Assembly (NCBI GenBank): GCA_045544735.1
Contig: JAZPZM010000077.1
Location: forward strand, 971 to 64,970
Source of the DNA: Eubacteriales bacterium
Lineage (GTDB): Bacteria > Bacillota > Clostridia > Oscillospirales > CAG-272
Reading direction: 5' to 3'
Length of the DNA: 64,000 nucleotides
In this document: piece after piece, positions 25,338 through 35,878 of the stretch
How the letters are laid out: each line of letters opens with the position of its first letter
How positions within the stretch are numbered: position 1 is the stretch's first letter
Notes under the pieces: generated by a model
The model's database searches: none
The model's input: the letters and a program-made list of their open reading frames with translations, nothing else
What the model was told of the DNA's origin: nothing
Made by a program: the position numbers and the translations under genes

Positions 25338-26657
25338 ATGACTATCAAAAAATCAGAGATCAAAGAAAACAATCAGGCGCTTGTTGAATTCTCCTTTGAC
25401 GCCGCTACCGTAGAGGCTGAAAAGGCAAAGGTATTCAAGAAGAAGTCTAACAGCTTTAACGTTCCCGGCTTCAGACGCGGCAAGGCTCCCCGTAACGTTA
25501 TCGAGAAGATGTACGGCAAGGAGATCTTCCTTGAGGATGCCATCAACGAGCTTATCAGCTCCGCTTACGCAGAGGTAATGGGCGCAGTTGAAAAGACCGT
25601 AGTTTCCCGCCCCGAGTTTGACGTTGTTTCCTACGACGAAAATGAGCTCGTTCTCAGCGCAACCATGTTCGTAAAGCCCGACGTTACCATCGAGGGCTAC
25701 AACGGACTTGAGGTAAGCGTAGTTCGTCCTCCCGTAACCGACGAGGAGATCGACCGCGAGATCCAGACCGTTCGCCAGAGAAACGCTCGTGAGATCGAGA
25801 TCACCGATCGCGCGGCTGCTATGGGCGACACCGCCGTTATCGACTACGAGGGCTTCGTCGGAGACGTTGCTTTCGAGGGCGGTAAGGCAGAGGGACACCA
25901 CCTCAAGCTCGGTTCGGGTCAGTTCATCCCCGGATTCGAGGAGGGCATCGTTGGCAAGAACGTTGGCGAGTCCTTTGACGTTAACGTAACCTTCCCCACC
26001 GAGTACCACGCTGCTGATCTCGCAGGCAAGGAAGCCGTATTCAAGGTAAAGCTCAACGCGCTCACCTTCGACGAACTGCCTGAGCTTGACGATGATTTTG
26101 CCCTTGACGTATCCGAATTTAACACTTTTGCCGAATATCGCGCTGATGTTGCGGCTAAAATTGAAAAGAGACACGAAACCGCCGCTGACAGAGAGCTTGG
26201 CGAAAAGCTTGAGGCTGCTATCTGCGAGAAGCTCGTTGGTGACATCCCCGAGTGCATGATCGACAACGAGGTCGAGGGCATGGTACGCGACAGCGAGTCC
26301 CGTATGCAGATGCAGGGCATGGACTTCAACGTATACCTCAAGTACTTCGATATGACTCTTGACGCTTACAAGGCTCAGATCCGTCCCGCCGCTATCAATC
26401 GCGTAAAGGCAGAGCTTGCCCTTGAAAAGATTGCAGAGCTTGAGAAGATCGAGATCACCGATGAGGCAATTGATGCTGAATATAACACCATTGCTTCCGC
26501 ATACAATGTTGAGGTAGACTATGCAAAGGCTAATCTTCCCGCAGAGGAGATCCGCCACTCCCTCACCATCCGCGCCGCTCTCGACGCTGTTAAGGCTACC
26601 GCAAAGGTAACTTACCTCGAAAGCGCACCCGTTGCTGAAAACGCAGACAACGAATAA
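25338..26657 (+). CDS. tig: Trigger factor
   Basis: NVPGFRRGKAPRNVIEKMYG and FIPGFEEGIVG (PPIase domain). It is followed by clpP-clpX. Confidence 0.95.
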   Translation: MTIKKSEIKENNQALVEFSFDAATVEAEKAKVFKKKSNSFNVPGFRRGKAPRNVIEKMYGKEIFLEDAINELISSAYAEVMGAVEKTVVSRPEFDVVSYDENELVLSATMFVKPDVTIEGYNGLEVSVVRPPVTDEEIDREIQTVRQRNAREIEITDRAAAMGDTAVIDYEGFVGDVAFEGGKAEGHHLKLGSGQFIPGFEEGIVGKNVGESFDVNVTFPTEYHAADLAGKEAVFKVKLNALTFDELPELDDDFALDVSEFNTFAEYRADVAAKIEKRHETAADRELGEKLEAAICEKLVGDIPECMIDNEVEGMVRDSESRMQMQGMDFNVYLKYFDMTLDAYKAQIRPAAINRVKAELALEKIAELEKIEITDEAIDAEYNTIASAYNVEVDYAKANLPAEEIRHSLTIRAALDAVKATAKVTYLESAPVAENADNE

Positions 26658-26697
26658 TTAAAAACACTATTTCCGCATTGCAAAAGGAGGTCCCCCA

Positions 26698-27312
26698 ATG
26701 AATGATTTTATCAAAAGAGACGAAAGACGCGCCGCACTCGTGCCGATGGTTATCGAGCAAACGGGCAGAGGCGAGCGTTCGTTTGACATTTTTTCCCGTC
26801 TTCTTAACGATCGCGTGATATTCCTCTCCGATGAAGTTAACGATGCTACCGCCTCCCTTGTAATCGCTCAAATGCTTTATCTCGAATCCGTCGATCCTGA
26901 CAAGGATATTTCCTTTTATATAAATAGCCCCGGTGGCTCCGTAACCGCGGGTATGGCTATTTACGACACGATGCAGTTTGTAAAGTGCGACGTTACTACG
27001 ATCTGTCTTGGTCTTGCGGCAAGTATGGGAGCATTCCTTCTTGCCGCGGGAACCAAGGGCAAGAGAATTGCCCTTCCCCACAGCGAGATCATGATACACC
27101 AGCCCCTCGGTCAAAGCTCAGGTCAGGTCTCTGACGTGCTTATCCGCACGGAGCTCCTCGTCCGCACCAGACAGATGCTCAACGAGCTTCTTGCAAAGAA
27201 CACGGGACGCTCTATCGAGGAGATAGCAAGGGATACCGAGAGAGATAATTTTATGACCGCACAGCAGGCTCTTGAATACGGTCTTATCGACCGCATTATC
27301 GAGCATCATTGA
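26698..27312 (+). CDS. clpP: ATP-dependent Clp protease proteolytic subunit
   Basis: [29 protein letters not shown] (catalytic Ser) and IMIHQPLG. Confidence 0.96.
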   Translation: MNDFIKRDERRAALVPMVIEQTGRGERSFDIFSRLLNDRVIFLSDEVNDATASLVIAQMLYLESVDPDKDISFYINSPGGSVTAGMAIYDTMQFVKCDVTTICLGLAASMGAFLLAAGTKGKRIALPHSEIMIHQPLGQSSGQVSDVLIRTELLVRTRQMLNELLAKNTGRSIEEIARDTERDNFMTAQQALEYGLIDRIIEHH

Positions 27313-27331
27313 TTTTTTGAAAGGCAATAGT

Positions 27332-28636
27332 ATGTCATCTTACAAAAAAACCGAGCTTCACGTCTGTTCGTTTTGCGGCAGAAACGAGGATGAGGTAAAT
27401 TTCCTTATCCCCTCCAATACCGGTGCTTTCATTTGCGATTTTTGCGTTGAATCCTGCGAGGAGCTTATCGAGGAAAGCATCAGATATGCTCAAAACGTAC
27501 AAGAAGCAGATAAGCTGACGCTCGAAACACTACCTAAGCCTATTGATATCAAGGCATCCCTCGATGAATACGTTATAGGTCAGGATAAGGCAAAGGTTGC
27601 GCTTTCGGTTGCGGTCTATAACCATTATAAGCGAATCCTTACCAAAGAATCAGCTTCTCGCAAGAGACGCTCACGCAAATCTGACAAGGTCGTATCCGAC
27701 GGAGTGGAGCTTCAAAAAAGTAACGTTTTACTACTCGGTTCTACGGGTGTTGGAAAAACTTATCTTGCGCAAACGCTTGCAAAATCCTTGAAGGTCCCAT
27801 TCGCTATCGCTGACGCAACCACCCTTACTGAGGCAGGATACGTCGGTGAGGACGTGGAGAACATACTTCTCCGCCTCATTCAAGCCGCTGATTACGATAT
27901 CGAGCTTGCCGAAAGAGGAATCATCTATATCGACGAGATAGACAAGATATCAAGAAAGAGCGAGAATCGCTCGATAACGCGCGACGTTTCGGGTGAGGGT
28001 GTGCAGCAAGCGCTTCTAAAGATTCTTGAGGGTACGGTATCAAACGTTCCCCCTCAGGGCGGCAGAAAGCATCCCAATCAGGAATTTATACAGATAAATA
28101 CCGAGAATATTCTGTTCATTTGCGGCGGTGCTTTTGACGGCATCGACAAAATTATCGATAAGAGAGAGGGCTCTCAAGCAATCGGCTTCTCCAGCGAGCT
28201 TAAAACAAGCTCCGTAAAGAAGAACAAATCCGATTACTCCGGTGTTGTTCCCCACGACATCGTAAAATACGGACTTATTCCCGAGCTTGTCGGAAGAATT
28301 CCCGTTATTGTCGCACTCGACGGTCTTGACAAGGATGCACTTGTGAGAATTATCAAGGAGCCTCGCAACGCACTCGTTAAGCAGTACGCAAAGCTCTTTG
28401 GGCTTGACGGTATCGAGCTTATTTTCGACGACGGCGCGATAGGCGCAATAGCCGAGCTGGCAGTTGAGCGCAACACGGGCGCAAGAGGACTTCGTGCTAT
28501 TTTTGAATCCGTTATGATGGAGCTTATGTTTGAGATGCCGTCAAGAACTGACGTTGCATCGGTGACCATAACCGAGGATTTTATCAAAAAGAACACATCC
28601 TCTCCCATAATTACTTTAAAGGAATCCGCACAATAA
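27332..28636 (+). CDS. clpX: ATP-dependent Clp protease ATP-binding subunit ClpX
   Basis: Zinc ribbon CSFCGRNE...CDFC, Walker A GSTGVGKT, and IIYIDEIDK. Confidence 0.96.
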   Translation: MSSYKKTELHVCSFCGRNEDEVNFLIPSNTGAFICDFCVESCEELIEESIRYAQNVQEADKLTLETLPKPIDIKASLDEYVIGQDKAKVALSVAVYNHYKRILTKESASRKRRSRKSDKVVSDGVELQKSNVLLLGSTGVGKTYLAQTLAKSLKVPFAIADATTLTEAGYVGEDVENILLRLIQAADYDIELAERGIIYIDEIDKISRKSENRSITRDVSGEGVQQALLKILEGTVSNVPPQGGRKHPNQEFIQINTENILFICGGAFDGIDKIIDKREGSQAIGFSSELKTSSVKKNKSDYSGVVPHDIVKYGLIPELVGRIPVIVALDGLDKDALVRIIKEPRNALVKQYAKLFGLDGIELIFDDGAIGAIAELAVERNTGARGLRAIFESVMMELMFEMPSRTDVASVTITEDFIKKNTSSPIITLKESAQ

Positions 28637-28637
28637 A

Positions 28638-28680
28638 GCAAGGGTGTTGTTGCTTGGCAACAACACCCTTGCTTATTTTA
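28638..28680 (+). terminator. Rho-independent terminator after clpX
   Basis: 16-bp stem GCAAGGGTGTTGTTGC/GCAACAACACCCTTGC, followed by TTATTTTA. Confidence 0.8.
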
Positions 28681-29514
28681 TGAATTACACCTGTTTTTTT
28701 CACACTGAGTATTGCACGATATGGGAGGATTAAACTCCTTTACGGGGAAAGCCATGCTCTTAAATATACTGCAAGGATTTTCCTCCGGAGGTGCGATGCA
28801 CTCCTTGTCGGGCACCGAATACTCAACTGCGTTAATAAGAAGCTGGGCGGGACGAACGAGCCTGATTACCGAGAATATTCCCACGGAAACAGCAAGGAAT
28901 CTTCCGCCGTCAGCATCACAGTCAGAAAGAGGTGCGCTAACCTTTTCAAGCACACAATCGGGAACGTCGGACGAGCAACAGCAGCAGCAAACGGGAAGCG
29001 AGCTACGCTCAAGAACGTTTGCGCTGAGAATTATGGGGTCTATGACCTCGACTACGGCGGTGGGGGCTTTATGCTCGCACTCTGCAAAATCGGGCTTGGG
29101 ACAAAGTCCTGCATTTTCGGGATCGGACTTAAAGACGCTTACGTTGCTTTCGCCGCCGAAAAGCACCACTCTCTTGTCAATGGTAGCTATGCCCTCAAAC
29201 TCCTGCGGACGGTTTGAACCGATGCAAGCCTCAAAGGTTATCTTTATGAAAAAGCGTATATTCACCGTATAAAAGCCGCGATTGAACCTCACGGGATCTA
29301 CCCCGATGTAGGTCCACGCGATGTACGCGTCTTTTGCACGGATGTTGCCCGTTCTGCTTATTATCTCATTTCCGCAATCCGTCAGCGTGACTCTGACGTT
29401 TTCGTAGCAATCTCGGTCGCGACAGCTATCGTATATCCTACCCGTATCAATGCAACAGGTATCGCGAGCAGTTGGGGGCGTTGTGCAGCCACAGCCAAAT
29501 CTGTTTTCTGCCAT
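28678..29514 (-). CDS. Cysteine-rich hypothetical protein (possible spore coat/late mother-cell protein)
   Basis: 278 aa with 22 Cys by my count. These include GCGC, CC and a run of five Cys (codons at 28975-28989). AGGAGG RBS is present. It lies downstream of spoIIID on the same strand. Confidence 0.6.
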   Translation of the reverse strand: MAENRFGCGCTTPPTARDTCCIDTGRIYDSCRDRDCYENVRVTLTDCGNEIISRTGNIRAKDAYIAWTYIGVDPVRFNRGFYTVNIRFFIKITFEACIGSNRPQEFEGIATIDKRVVLFGGESNVSVFKSDPENAGLCPKPDFAECEHKAPTAVVEVIDPIILSANVLERSSLPVCCCCCSSDVPDCVLEKVSAPLSDCDADGGRFLAVSVGIFSVIRLVRPAQLLINAVEYSVPDKECIAPPEENPCSIFKSMAFPVKEFNPPISCNTQCEKNRCNS

Positions 29515-29565
29515 TATATAGTCCTCCTAAAACATCATATAAAGCACAAACAATGCTTTCAATAA

Positions 29566-29574
29566 TATTTTATG
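29566..29574 (-). promoter_or_regulatory. Sigma-K-like -10 element CATAaaaTA upstream of the Cys-rich gene
   Basis: The - strand reads GGCATAAAATATT about 55 nt upstream of ATG 29514. This is only a match to the CATAnnnTA consensus. Confidence 0.3.
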
Positions 29575-29673
29575 CCATACAACAGAAATTGACATGATTT
29601 TTCCTAAATCTTTTATTTTTGCCCTATTTTGCTTGACTTGTTTATAATAATAATGTATAATTAGTATGTATTT

Positions 29674-29961
29674 TTATGTCTTTGCGGTGTTTGATATACG
29701 CGCCTCTTTTTCGTCGGCATATTTCTTTTTCGTGGCTTCCCCTCCCCTGATGTGCCGCTCCATCTTGTTTTTATCAAGCAGATCCGCAACCTTCCTATAA
29801 AGCGCTTTGTTAGTCCCCTTTAGCACCTTCGTCACGTCCTTGTGTACCGTGCTCTTGCTGATCCCGAAGTGCATGGCAGTAGCCCTGACCGTACTGCTGT
29901 TTTCTATCATGTAAAGTGCGAGAGTTTCGCATCTTTCCTTGGTCTTGGAAACGTATATCAT
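29674..29961 (-). CDS. spoIIID: Sporulation transcriptional regulator SpoIIID
   Basis: 95 aa. The HTH (STVRATAMHFGISKSTVHKDV) and C-terminal basic region (ERHIRGGEATKKKY) match SpoIIID. Confidence 0.9.
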   Translation of the reverse strand: MIYVSKTKERCETLALYMIENSSTVRATAMHFGISKSTVHKDVTKVLKGTNKALYRKVADLLDKNKMERHIRGGEATKKKYADEKEARISNTAKT

Positions 29962-30050
29962 TGTATGACCTCTACAATTTATATTTGCTATAATATATGA
30001 AGAGGCAAATGACGTTAATTCGTATTTTTTGAAAATTTAGGTAATAATAA

Positions 30051-30803
30051 ATGGACAAAATCATTTTTGAGGGTATGACCTCCGTTTCTGCGCTTATTAA
30101 AGCGGCGCGGCAGAATACCCTGCGAAGAAAGATTATAGCAGTATACTTTTCTTCCGACAAGCTAAAAAAAGAAAAGGCTCGCCTTTCTTTTTTGAAGCAC
30201 GCTTCAGCCGAGCTCGGTTTCCCTCTCCGCATCGTTTCCTCTGACGAGGTTGACGAAATGACTACGGGAAAAACGCACGGCGGAATATTTGCCGAGGTCA
30301 CGGATGCTGAATATCCTCCGCTTCCCGCAAGCGATAGCATCACAAGCAACGGTTTTGCGGTAATTATTGAAGGGGTTGAGGATCCTTACAGCCTCGGATA
30401 CGCCGCAAGAGCCTTGTATGCTTGCGGAGCGGATACGTTGATAATCCCCGACCGTTTGCCATCGGGTGCGGATTCCGTGCTTTGCAAGTCCTCGGCGGGC
30501 GCATCGGAGCTTATCGATCTTCGCATATCTGATAGCAAATCAGCAATAGAACTATACAAGAGTGCAGGCTACCGCGTTGCCTGCGCAGAAATAAGAGACG
30601 CCGTTCCGTGCAACGAGGCGAATCTCAAAAGACCATTACTTCTCGTTATCGGGGGCGAAAAGCGCGGTATTTCCTCCGCATTATTATCGCTGTGTGATTT
30701 TAACGTAAAGATTCCTTACGGCGTTGACTTTATGGGTTCGTTGTCCACCGCATCCGCTACCGCTATTTTAGCTTACGAGGTTTTAAGGCAAAATATAGAG
30801 TAA
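30051..30803 (+). CDS. TrmH/SpoU family RNA 2'-O-methyltransferase
   Basis: IIEGVEDPYSLGYAARALYACG, LLVIGGEKRGIS, and IPYGVDFMGSLSTASATAILAYE (SPOUT knot motifs). Confidence 0.8.
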   Translation: MDKIIFEGMTSVSALIKAARQNTLRRKIIAVYFSSDKLKKEKARLSFLKHASAELGFPLRIVSSDEVDEMTTGKTHGGIFAEVTDAEYPPLPASDSITSNGFAVIIEGVEDPYSLGYAARALYACGADTLIIPDRLPSGADSVLCKSSAGASELIDLRISDSKSAIELYKSAGYRVACAEIRDAVPCNEANLKRPLLLVIGGEKRGISSALLSLCDFNVKIPYGVDFMGSLSTASATAILAYEVLRQNIE

Positions 30804-30854
30804 TCAAATATCTTTTATGCGCGTATATTTATAAAAACGCATAGGAGAATTATA

Positions 30855-31499
30855 TTGAATATATCTATATTATCAAAAGTCAAAAAATCCGCAAGGTCTT
30901 TGCTTGACGAATATTCCGTTGCCGCAAGATACTTGTTTTTGCTGATATGCGGCTTCGCGGCAAGTCTTATTTTCGGCGCACTCGTGGGATATTCTTACTC
31001 CGAAAAAACGGCGAATCTTGCGATTTTCGCAATCAGCTCCCCTTTTTCCTCGTGTGAAGGATTGAACGATGCCTTCGGAAAGCTACTCTCTCACGCAATA
31101 ATAGACATTTCATTTCTCGCGCTTGCTTTTGTCGCCGGACTTAGCTGCCTGTGCCGCTCGCTTTTAAGCCTTTTGAATATATCGCGCGGATTTTTGCTTG
31201 GAATTATCACCTGCGTATATTCATCGGGCGCTATCAAAAACGTTATCAATGAACCGTTTGCCGTTTCCGCCGCAGTTGTTGTCACGGAGCTTGTGGCTGC
31301 ATCGATTATTTTAATATTTTATTCCTCGATCGCTGAGGCGGCTTCGTTTCGTTTTATCGCTTCTGCGCAAGCTGAAGCCCCCGTGTTGTTCACAAAATCG
31401 TTTTTTTCGTATTTTTTAATATTCATGCTCTGCTTTGGAGCAACACTTCTGATTCGTATTTTTTCATCTGCAATTTTGCAAATGCTTATAATAATATAA
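30855..31499 (+). CDS. Polytopic membrane protein (possibly SpoIIM-like)
   Basis: 214 aa with about 5 hydrophobic segments and a TTG start. The size and the LIFGALVG segment recall SpoIIM, but the similarity is weak. Confidence 0.4.
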   Translation: MNISILSKVKKSARSLLDEYSVAARYLFLLICGFAASLIFGALVGYSYSEKTANLAIFAISSPFSSCEGLNDAFGKLLSHAIIDISFLALAFVAGLSCLCRSLLSLLNISRGFLLGIITCVYSSGAIKNVINEPFAVSAAVVVTELVAASIILIFYSSIAEAASFRFIASAQAEAPVLFTKSFFSYFLIFMLCFGATLLIRIFSSAILQMLIII

Positions 31500-31523
31500 C
31501 CTCATAACCAGAAAGGCAAAAAG

Positions 31524-32516
31524 ATGTCTGAAAAACGCAAGAAAAAATTCAAATTATTCGACCTTAACAGAGACGGCCCCGGTGTTTCAAAAGATGAAGG
31601 TCCGCTTGTTCCCAATCTTAAAAATATGCCTAAATATTACCTGAGGCATTTTTCAAAGGTTCTTTCTATTAATTTTCCAATGCTTCCGCTTTGGCTAATA
31701 CCTCTGGCGGCACTGTATTTATATATAACCGCCCCCTCTACGCCGTCTCAGGCAGACCCCGTATTCAGCACTCTGTTCGGAAGCTACGCCCTTTCGGGTG
31801 ACACCACCCTCTCTTCCCTGTTTGGCGTATTTGGACTACAGCTCAATCTTCCCGTATTCACGCCCGCGAGAATTTGGGGATATATCGGACTTGCTGTTCT
31901 TCTTGCGCTTCTCTGGGGCTTTATAAACGTTGGCTCTACCTATTGCGCACGAAGTATGCTTCGCGGCGAGCCTGTGTTCGTATGGAGCGATTTCCTTTAT
32001 TCCGCAAAAAGAAATTTCAAGCAAGCACTTTTGATAGGCTTTGCCGACATTTTCTTCATCTTCATGCTCGTGTTCGATTTCATTTATTTCTCGCGCATGG
32101 GCGGCTCATTTATGCTTGACGTTTGCTTCTTCGGAATCTGTGCACTTATCATCCTGTATCTTCTTATGCGTCCGTATATTTATCTTATGATAATTACGTT
32201 TGATATGAAGTTTAAGAAGATACTAAAGAATGCTTTGATATTCTCGATACTCGGAATAGGCAGAAACCTTATGGGATTTCTTGGCATAGCGGTTCTCGTT
32301 GTTATCAACGTCGCGCTTATAATAGCACTTTGGCCGCTTGGCGTTGTCGTTCCGCTTATACTTCCGTTATTCTATCTGCTTCCAAGCATTCAGCTTTTTT
32401 CAGTATACGCCGCATATCCCGTTATTGAAAAATATATGATTGACCCCGTACTCGTTGAAAACGAAGAGGACGAGCCTTCCGACGAGAAGGAAGGTGCAGA
32501 TGACGAGGAGGAATAA
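31524..32516 (+). CDS. Polytopic membrane protein with acidic C-terminal tail
   Basis: 330 aa with multiple TM segments. The C-terminus is ENEEDEPSDEKEGADDEEE. Family not recognised. Confidence 0.55.
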   Translation: MSEKRKKKFKLFDLNRDGPGVSKDEGPLVPNLKNMPKYYLRHFSKVLSINFPMLPLWLIPLAALYLYITAPSTPSQADPVFSTLFGSYALSGDTTLSSLFGVFGLQLNLPVFTPARIWGYIGLAVLLALLWGFINVGSTYCARSMLRGEPVFVWSDFLYSAKRNFKQALLIGFADIFFIFMLVFDFIYFSRMGGSFMLDVCFFGICALIILYLLMRPYIYLMIITFDMKFKKILKNALIFSILGIGRNLMGFLGIAVLVVINVALIIALWPLGVVVPLILPLFYLLPSIQLFSVYAAYPVIEKYMIDPVLVENEEDEPSDEKEGADDEEE

Positions 32517-33239
32517 TTACCCCCTGTCATCTATAAGCTCCGAAACCGTGACGAAACGGTATCCGCGCTCCTTGAGCTTTGGCAAAATGTTTCTCAGTGC
32601 CTCCTCGGTATGAGCCCTTCTGCTGACGTAATCGTGCATCAGAATGATGTCGCCGTCCTTTACGTTTTCCAAAACGTTCTTTTCTATTTCCGCGGCTGAC
32701 GTCCCCGCCCAATCGCGCGTATCTATACTCCACAATACGACGGTATAGTCACGCAACGCGCAAAACTGCAAAACGGTAGTATCGTAATTTCCTCCGGGCG
32801 GGCGCAGAAGTCTCGTGCTGTATTCGTCGTGATGATATATTTCATCGTCGCAACCGTCAATCGCTCGGCTTACCTCGTCCTTGTCAAGACCTGCCAAAAA
32901 CGTATGGTGGTTCGTGTGGTTGCCTATCTCGTGTCCCTCTGCGACAATTCTATCGAACATATCGGGGTAATATTGCACGTTTTCACCAACTACGAAAAAC
33001 GTTGCCTTTGCTGATTCGCTTTTCAAGATATCAAGTATCCTTGCGGTGCGATATGGGTGAGGTCCATCATCAAACGTCAACGCGACGCGCAGATCGTTTC
33101 CGCTTCCCGACGAATATATAACACGCACGTTCTTTGCCTCGCAAGGAATTCTCATTATATTTGTTACACAGACGAGAGCAACGCCTACCGCGCAAATACG
33201 ATGCAGGTTATCTCTCAACCAATTCTTCAAGCGTTCCAA
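32517..33239 (-). CDS. Polysaccharide deacetylase (NodB homology domain)
   Basis: LTFDDGPHP, ATFFVVG and HEIGNHTNHH. Confidence 0.88.
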   Translation of the reverse strand: MERLKNWLRDNLHRICAVGVALVCVTNIMRIPCEAKNVRVIYSSGSGNDLRVALTFDDGPHPYRTARILDILKSESAKATFFVVGENVQYYPDMFDRIVAEGHEIGNHTNHHTFLAGLDKDEVSRAIDGCDDEIYHHDEYSTRLLRPPGGNYDTTVLQFCALRDYTVVLWSIDTRDWAGTSAAEIEKNVLENVKDGDIILMHDYVSRRAHTEEALRNILPKLKERGYRFVTVSELIDDRG

Positions 33240-33993
33240 AACGATATCCCTCGCTTATCAATGAGTCTATAACGTCGCCAAGTATTTTGGCATTTGTGGA
33301 TGAGGTCGGATGCAACAAAAGAACTGCTCCGTTGTGAACGTTATCAAGTATCTTTTTCTTCGCCGCGTCAGCGGATGGTTGCTTGGCATTGTCCCAATCA
33401 GCATAAGCAAAGCTCCAAAATACCGTTTTATAGCCGTATTCGGATGCAAATTCAAGATTTCTCTCATTGAAGCGCCCCTCGGGCGGACGATAAAATTTTT
33501 GCATATCCTTACCCGTCAGCTCCTTATACGCCACCTCAAGCGCGTGAAGCTCGGAATAAAACTGCGTTTTATCGACTGTTTTGGTCATATCCTTGTGGTG
33601 TGCCGTATGGTTACACACAAGGTGTCCCTCTTCTTCCATTCTTTTTATAAGCGCGGGATTTTTCTTTAATAGGTTTATAAGAACGAAAAATGCCGCGGGG
33701 ACTTTTTTCTCGTTTAAGATATTGAGTATTTTTTCAATATTTCCATTCTCATACCCCGCATCAAAGGTAAGATACACCACCTTTTCGTCCGCGCTACCTA
33801 TCCAATACCCATCATTTCCATTAATAAATGAAAATTCGGGCGGAAGCACGGGCTGTGCGTGATCTGCCGCACGCTTACAATACCAAGAATAGCTTTCGTT
33901 CTCCTTTGCGCCTACGCAAATGGAAAGCATCACTACTGCGATAAGCAGCGTAACGAAACGAATGCTCAATGACAATGTTTTTTTATAAAGCAT
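33208..33993 (-). CDS. Polysaccharide deacetylase, PdaA-like (delta-lactam biosynthetic type)
   Basis: YLTFDAGYENGN, PAAFFVL and HLVCNHTAHH. GAGGTG RBS precedes ATG 33993. A signal/anchor N-terminus is present. Confidence 0.8.
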   Translation of the reverse strand: MLYKKTLSLSIRFVTLLIAVVMLSICVGAKENESYSWYCKRAADHAQPVLPPEFSFINGNDGYWIGSADEKVVYLTFDAGYENGNIEKILNILNEKKVPAAFFVLINLLKKNPALIKRMEEEGHLVCNHTAHHKDMTKTVDKTQFYSELHALEVAYKELTGKDMQKFYRPPEGRFNERNLEFASEYGYKTVFWSFAYADWDNAKQPSADAAKKKILDNVHNGAVLLLHPTSSTNAKILGDVIDSLISEGYRFGTLEELVER

Positions 33994-34102
33994 TTCACAC
34001 CTCGAAAAAATATTTTCGAAATTATTATAACTCAAAAAAACTCATTGACACAAAACAATTATTTCTATAAATTACAGCATACTGAAAACAGAGGATAGTT
34101 TT

Positions 34103-35275
34103 ATGACAAAGCTGATTTTACGTTTATTCGTTCGAAATAGCGAAAAAACCGATGACCCGACCGTCAGAAGTGCGATAGGCAAGCTTTCGGGAGCGTTTGG
34201 CATTTTTTCCAATATTATTTTATTCGTATTAAAGCTTTTCGTCGGTATAATCACGGGCTCTATCGCAATCACCGCGGATGCCTTGAACAACCTTTCCGAC
34301 GCATCAAGCTCCATCGTTATGCTGGTCGGATTTAAGCTTTCCGAAAAGCCCGCCGACAGCGAGCATCCGTACGGCCACGCGAGATTTGAATATCTTTCGG
34401 GGCTCGTCGTGGCGGCTATGACGCTTATAATCGGCTTTGAACTTGCCAAGACATCGATCGAAAAAATCATCTCCCCCTCCCCCGTCTCTTTTACCGTTCC
34501 CGCCGCTATAATACTTGTTGCATCGGTCATAGTTAAGCTGTGGATGTTTTTATTCAATCGAAAGCTTGGAAAGCTCATCAATTCATCCGCTCTCATGGCA
34601 ACCGCAATCGACAGTAGGAACGACGCAATATCCACAAGCGCGGTAATACTGTCCGCAATAATCGCGCTTTTAGCTGACGTTCAGCTTGACAGCTACATAG
34701 GTCTTGCCGTTGCGCTGTTTATTCTTTACAGCGGCGTAAAGCTTGCAAAGGAGACTATAAGCCCGCTTCTTGGTGAAAACGCGCCGCCTGAGCTTCGTCA
34801 GGCTATCATCGACATTTTAAAAAGCGAAGAAAAGGTTCTCGGCTACCACGACCTTATGGTGCACGATTACGGTCCGGGTCAGCGCTTTGCCAGCCTGCAC
34901 GTCGAAATGGATTACAGAGAAGACCCAATGCTCTGCCATGAGCTTATAGATGACCTTGAACGAAAATGTGAGGAAGAGCTTGGTGTCAAGCTCGTTATAC
35001 ACTACGACCCGATCGTTGTAGGGGATGAGGAACTTGACCGCATAAAAGCCGTCGTTGTTTCTATATTAAAAAAGGAAGACGAGCGAATCTCCATTCACGA
35101 TTTCAGATCGGTCAGAGGAACGGAGCACACGAATCTGATATTTGACGTTGCGCTACCGCCCGAAAGATTCAACGATAAAAAGAAAATAAAGGATACCCTT
35201 GACGCCGCGTTATCGGAATGCGAAAGCACAAAGTATTATACCGTCGTGACGTTTGACATGGCATCTTTCAATTAA
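34103..35275 (+). CDS. Cation diffusion facilitator family transporter
   Basis: Six TM segments, with ITADALNNLSD and HPYGHARFE. A C-terminal cytoplasmic domain is present. Confidence 0.88.
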   Translation: MTKLILRLFVRNSEKTDDPTVRSAIGKLSGAFGIFSNIILFVLKLFVGIITGSIAITADALNNLSDASSSIVMLVGFKLSEKPADSEHPYGHARFEYLSGLVVAAMTLIIGFELAKTSIEKIISPSPVSFTVPAAIILVASVIVKLWMFLFNRKLGKLINSSALMATAIDSRNDAISTSAVILSAIIALLADVQLDSYIGLAVALFILYSGVKLAKETISPLLGENAPPELRQAIIDILKSEEKVLGYHDLMVHDYGPGQRFASLHVEMDYREDPMLCHELIDDLERKCEEELGVKLVIHYDPIVVGDEELDRIKAVVVSILKKEDERISIHDFRSVRGTEHTNLIFDVALPPERFNDKKKIKDTLDAALSECESTKYYTVVTFDMASFN

Positions 35276-35292
35276 ACGCGAGGATTGTTAAA

Positions 35293-35829
35293 ATGAAGAA
35301 ATCTCTACCGAATTATATCACGTGCTTTCGTATATTAGGCGCATTCGTTATGCTTTTCTTGAAGCCATTTTCCGTTGCGTTTTTTGTTACCTACAGCATT
35401 TGCGGCATCAGCGACCTGCTTGACGGCTTTATTGCACGCAGGACAAAAACTACTAGTGAGCTTGGCGCAAGGCTCGACAGCATTGCCGATCTTTCCTTTT
35501 ATGCGGTAATGTTTTTGAAGATCTTCCCCACCCTTATAGATACGCTTCCCCTTTGGCTTTGGTGTATGGTTGGCGTAGTTCTTACTCTGCGCGGCTCGGC
35601 GTACTTGGTTGCGGCTATAAAATACAAAAGGTTTGCTTCCCTTCACACCGTAATGAACAAGCTGTCGGGACTTGCTGTATTTTGCATCCCATATATCATT
35701 CAGCTTTCCTTTGCGGTCCACTACTGCCTTGCGACCGCTATAATCACGGGAACTGCGTCGTTTGAGGAATTGCTCCTACATATAACAAACAACGATTACG
35801 GCAAAGCCTCAAGCCTTAGAAAGAAATAA
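35293..35829 (+). CDS. CDP-alcohol phosphatidyltransferase family protein
   Basis: DLLDGFIARR...G..LD.IAD motif in a polytopic membrane protein. Confidence 0.8.
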   Translation: MKKSLPNYITCFRILGAFVMLFLKPFSVAFFVTYSICGISDLLDGFIARRTKTTSELGARLDSIADLSFYAVMFLKIFPTLIDTLPLWLWCMVGVVLTLRGSAYLVAAIKYKRFASLHTVMNKLSGLAVFCIPYIIQLSFAVHYCLATAIITGTASFEELLLHITNNDYGKASSLRKK

Positions 35830-35878
35830 TAAAAAGCTCGCCTTACGCTCCTTCTCATAAGGATATTTTCGGAACACG

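Noticed and set aside
25353-26558. 401-aa ORF antisense to tig. Similar long antisense ORFs occur at 36694-38232 (opposite glyQS), 51395-52879 (opposite the ABC ATPase), 53318-54577 (opposite the BMP lipoprotein), 1294-2010 (opposite hsdM), 10315-11088 and 46075-46779.
   Set aside because: The opposite strand in each case encodes a protein with unmistakable family motifs. The antisense translations are low-complexity (Leu/Val/Gly/Ser-rich) with no motifs or RBS. They are shadow ORFs caused by codon bias.
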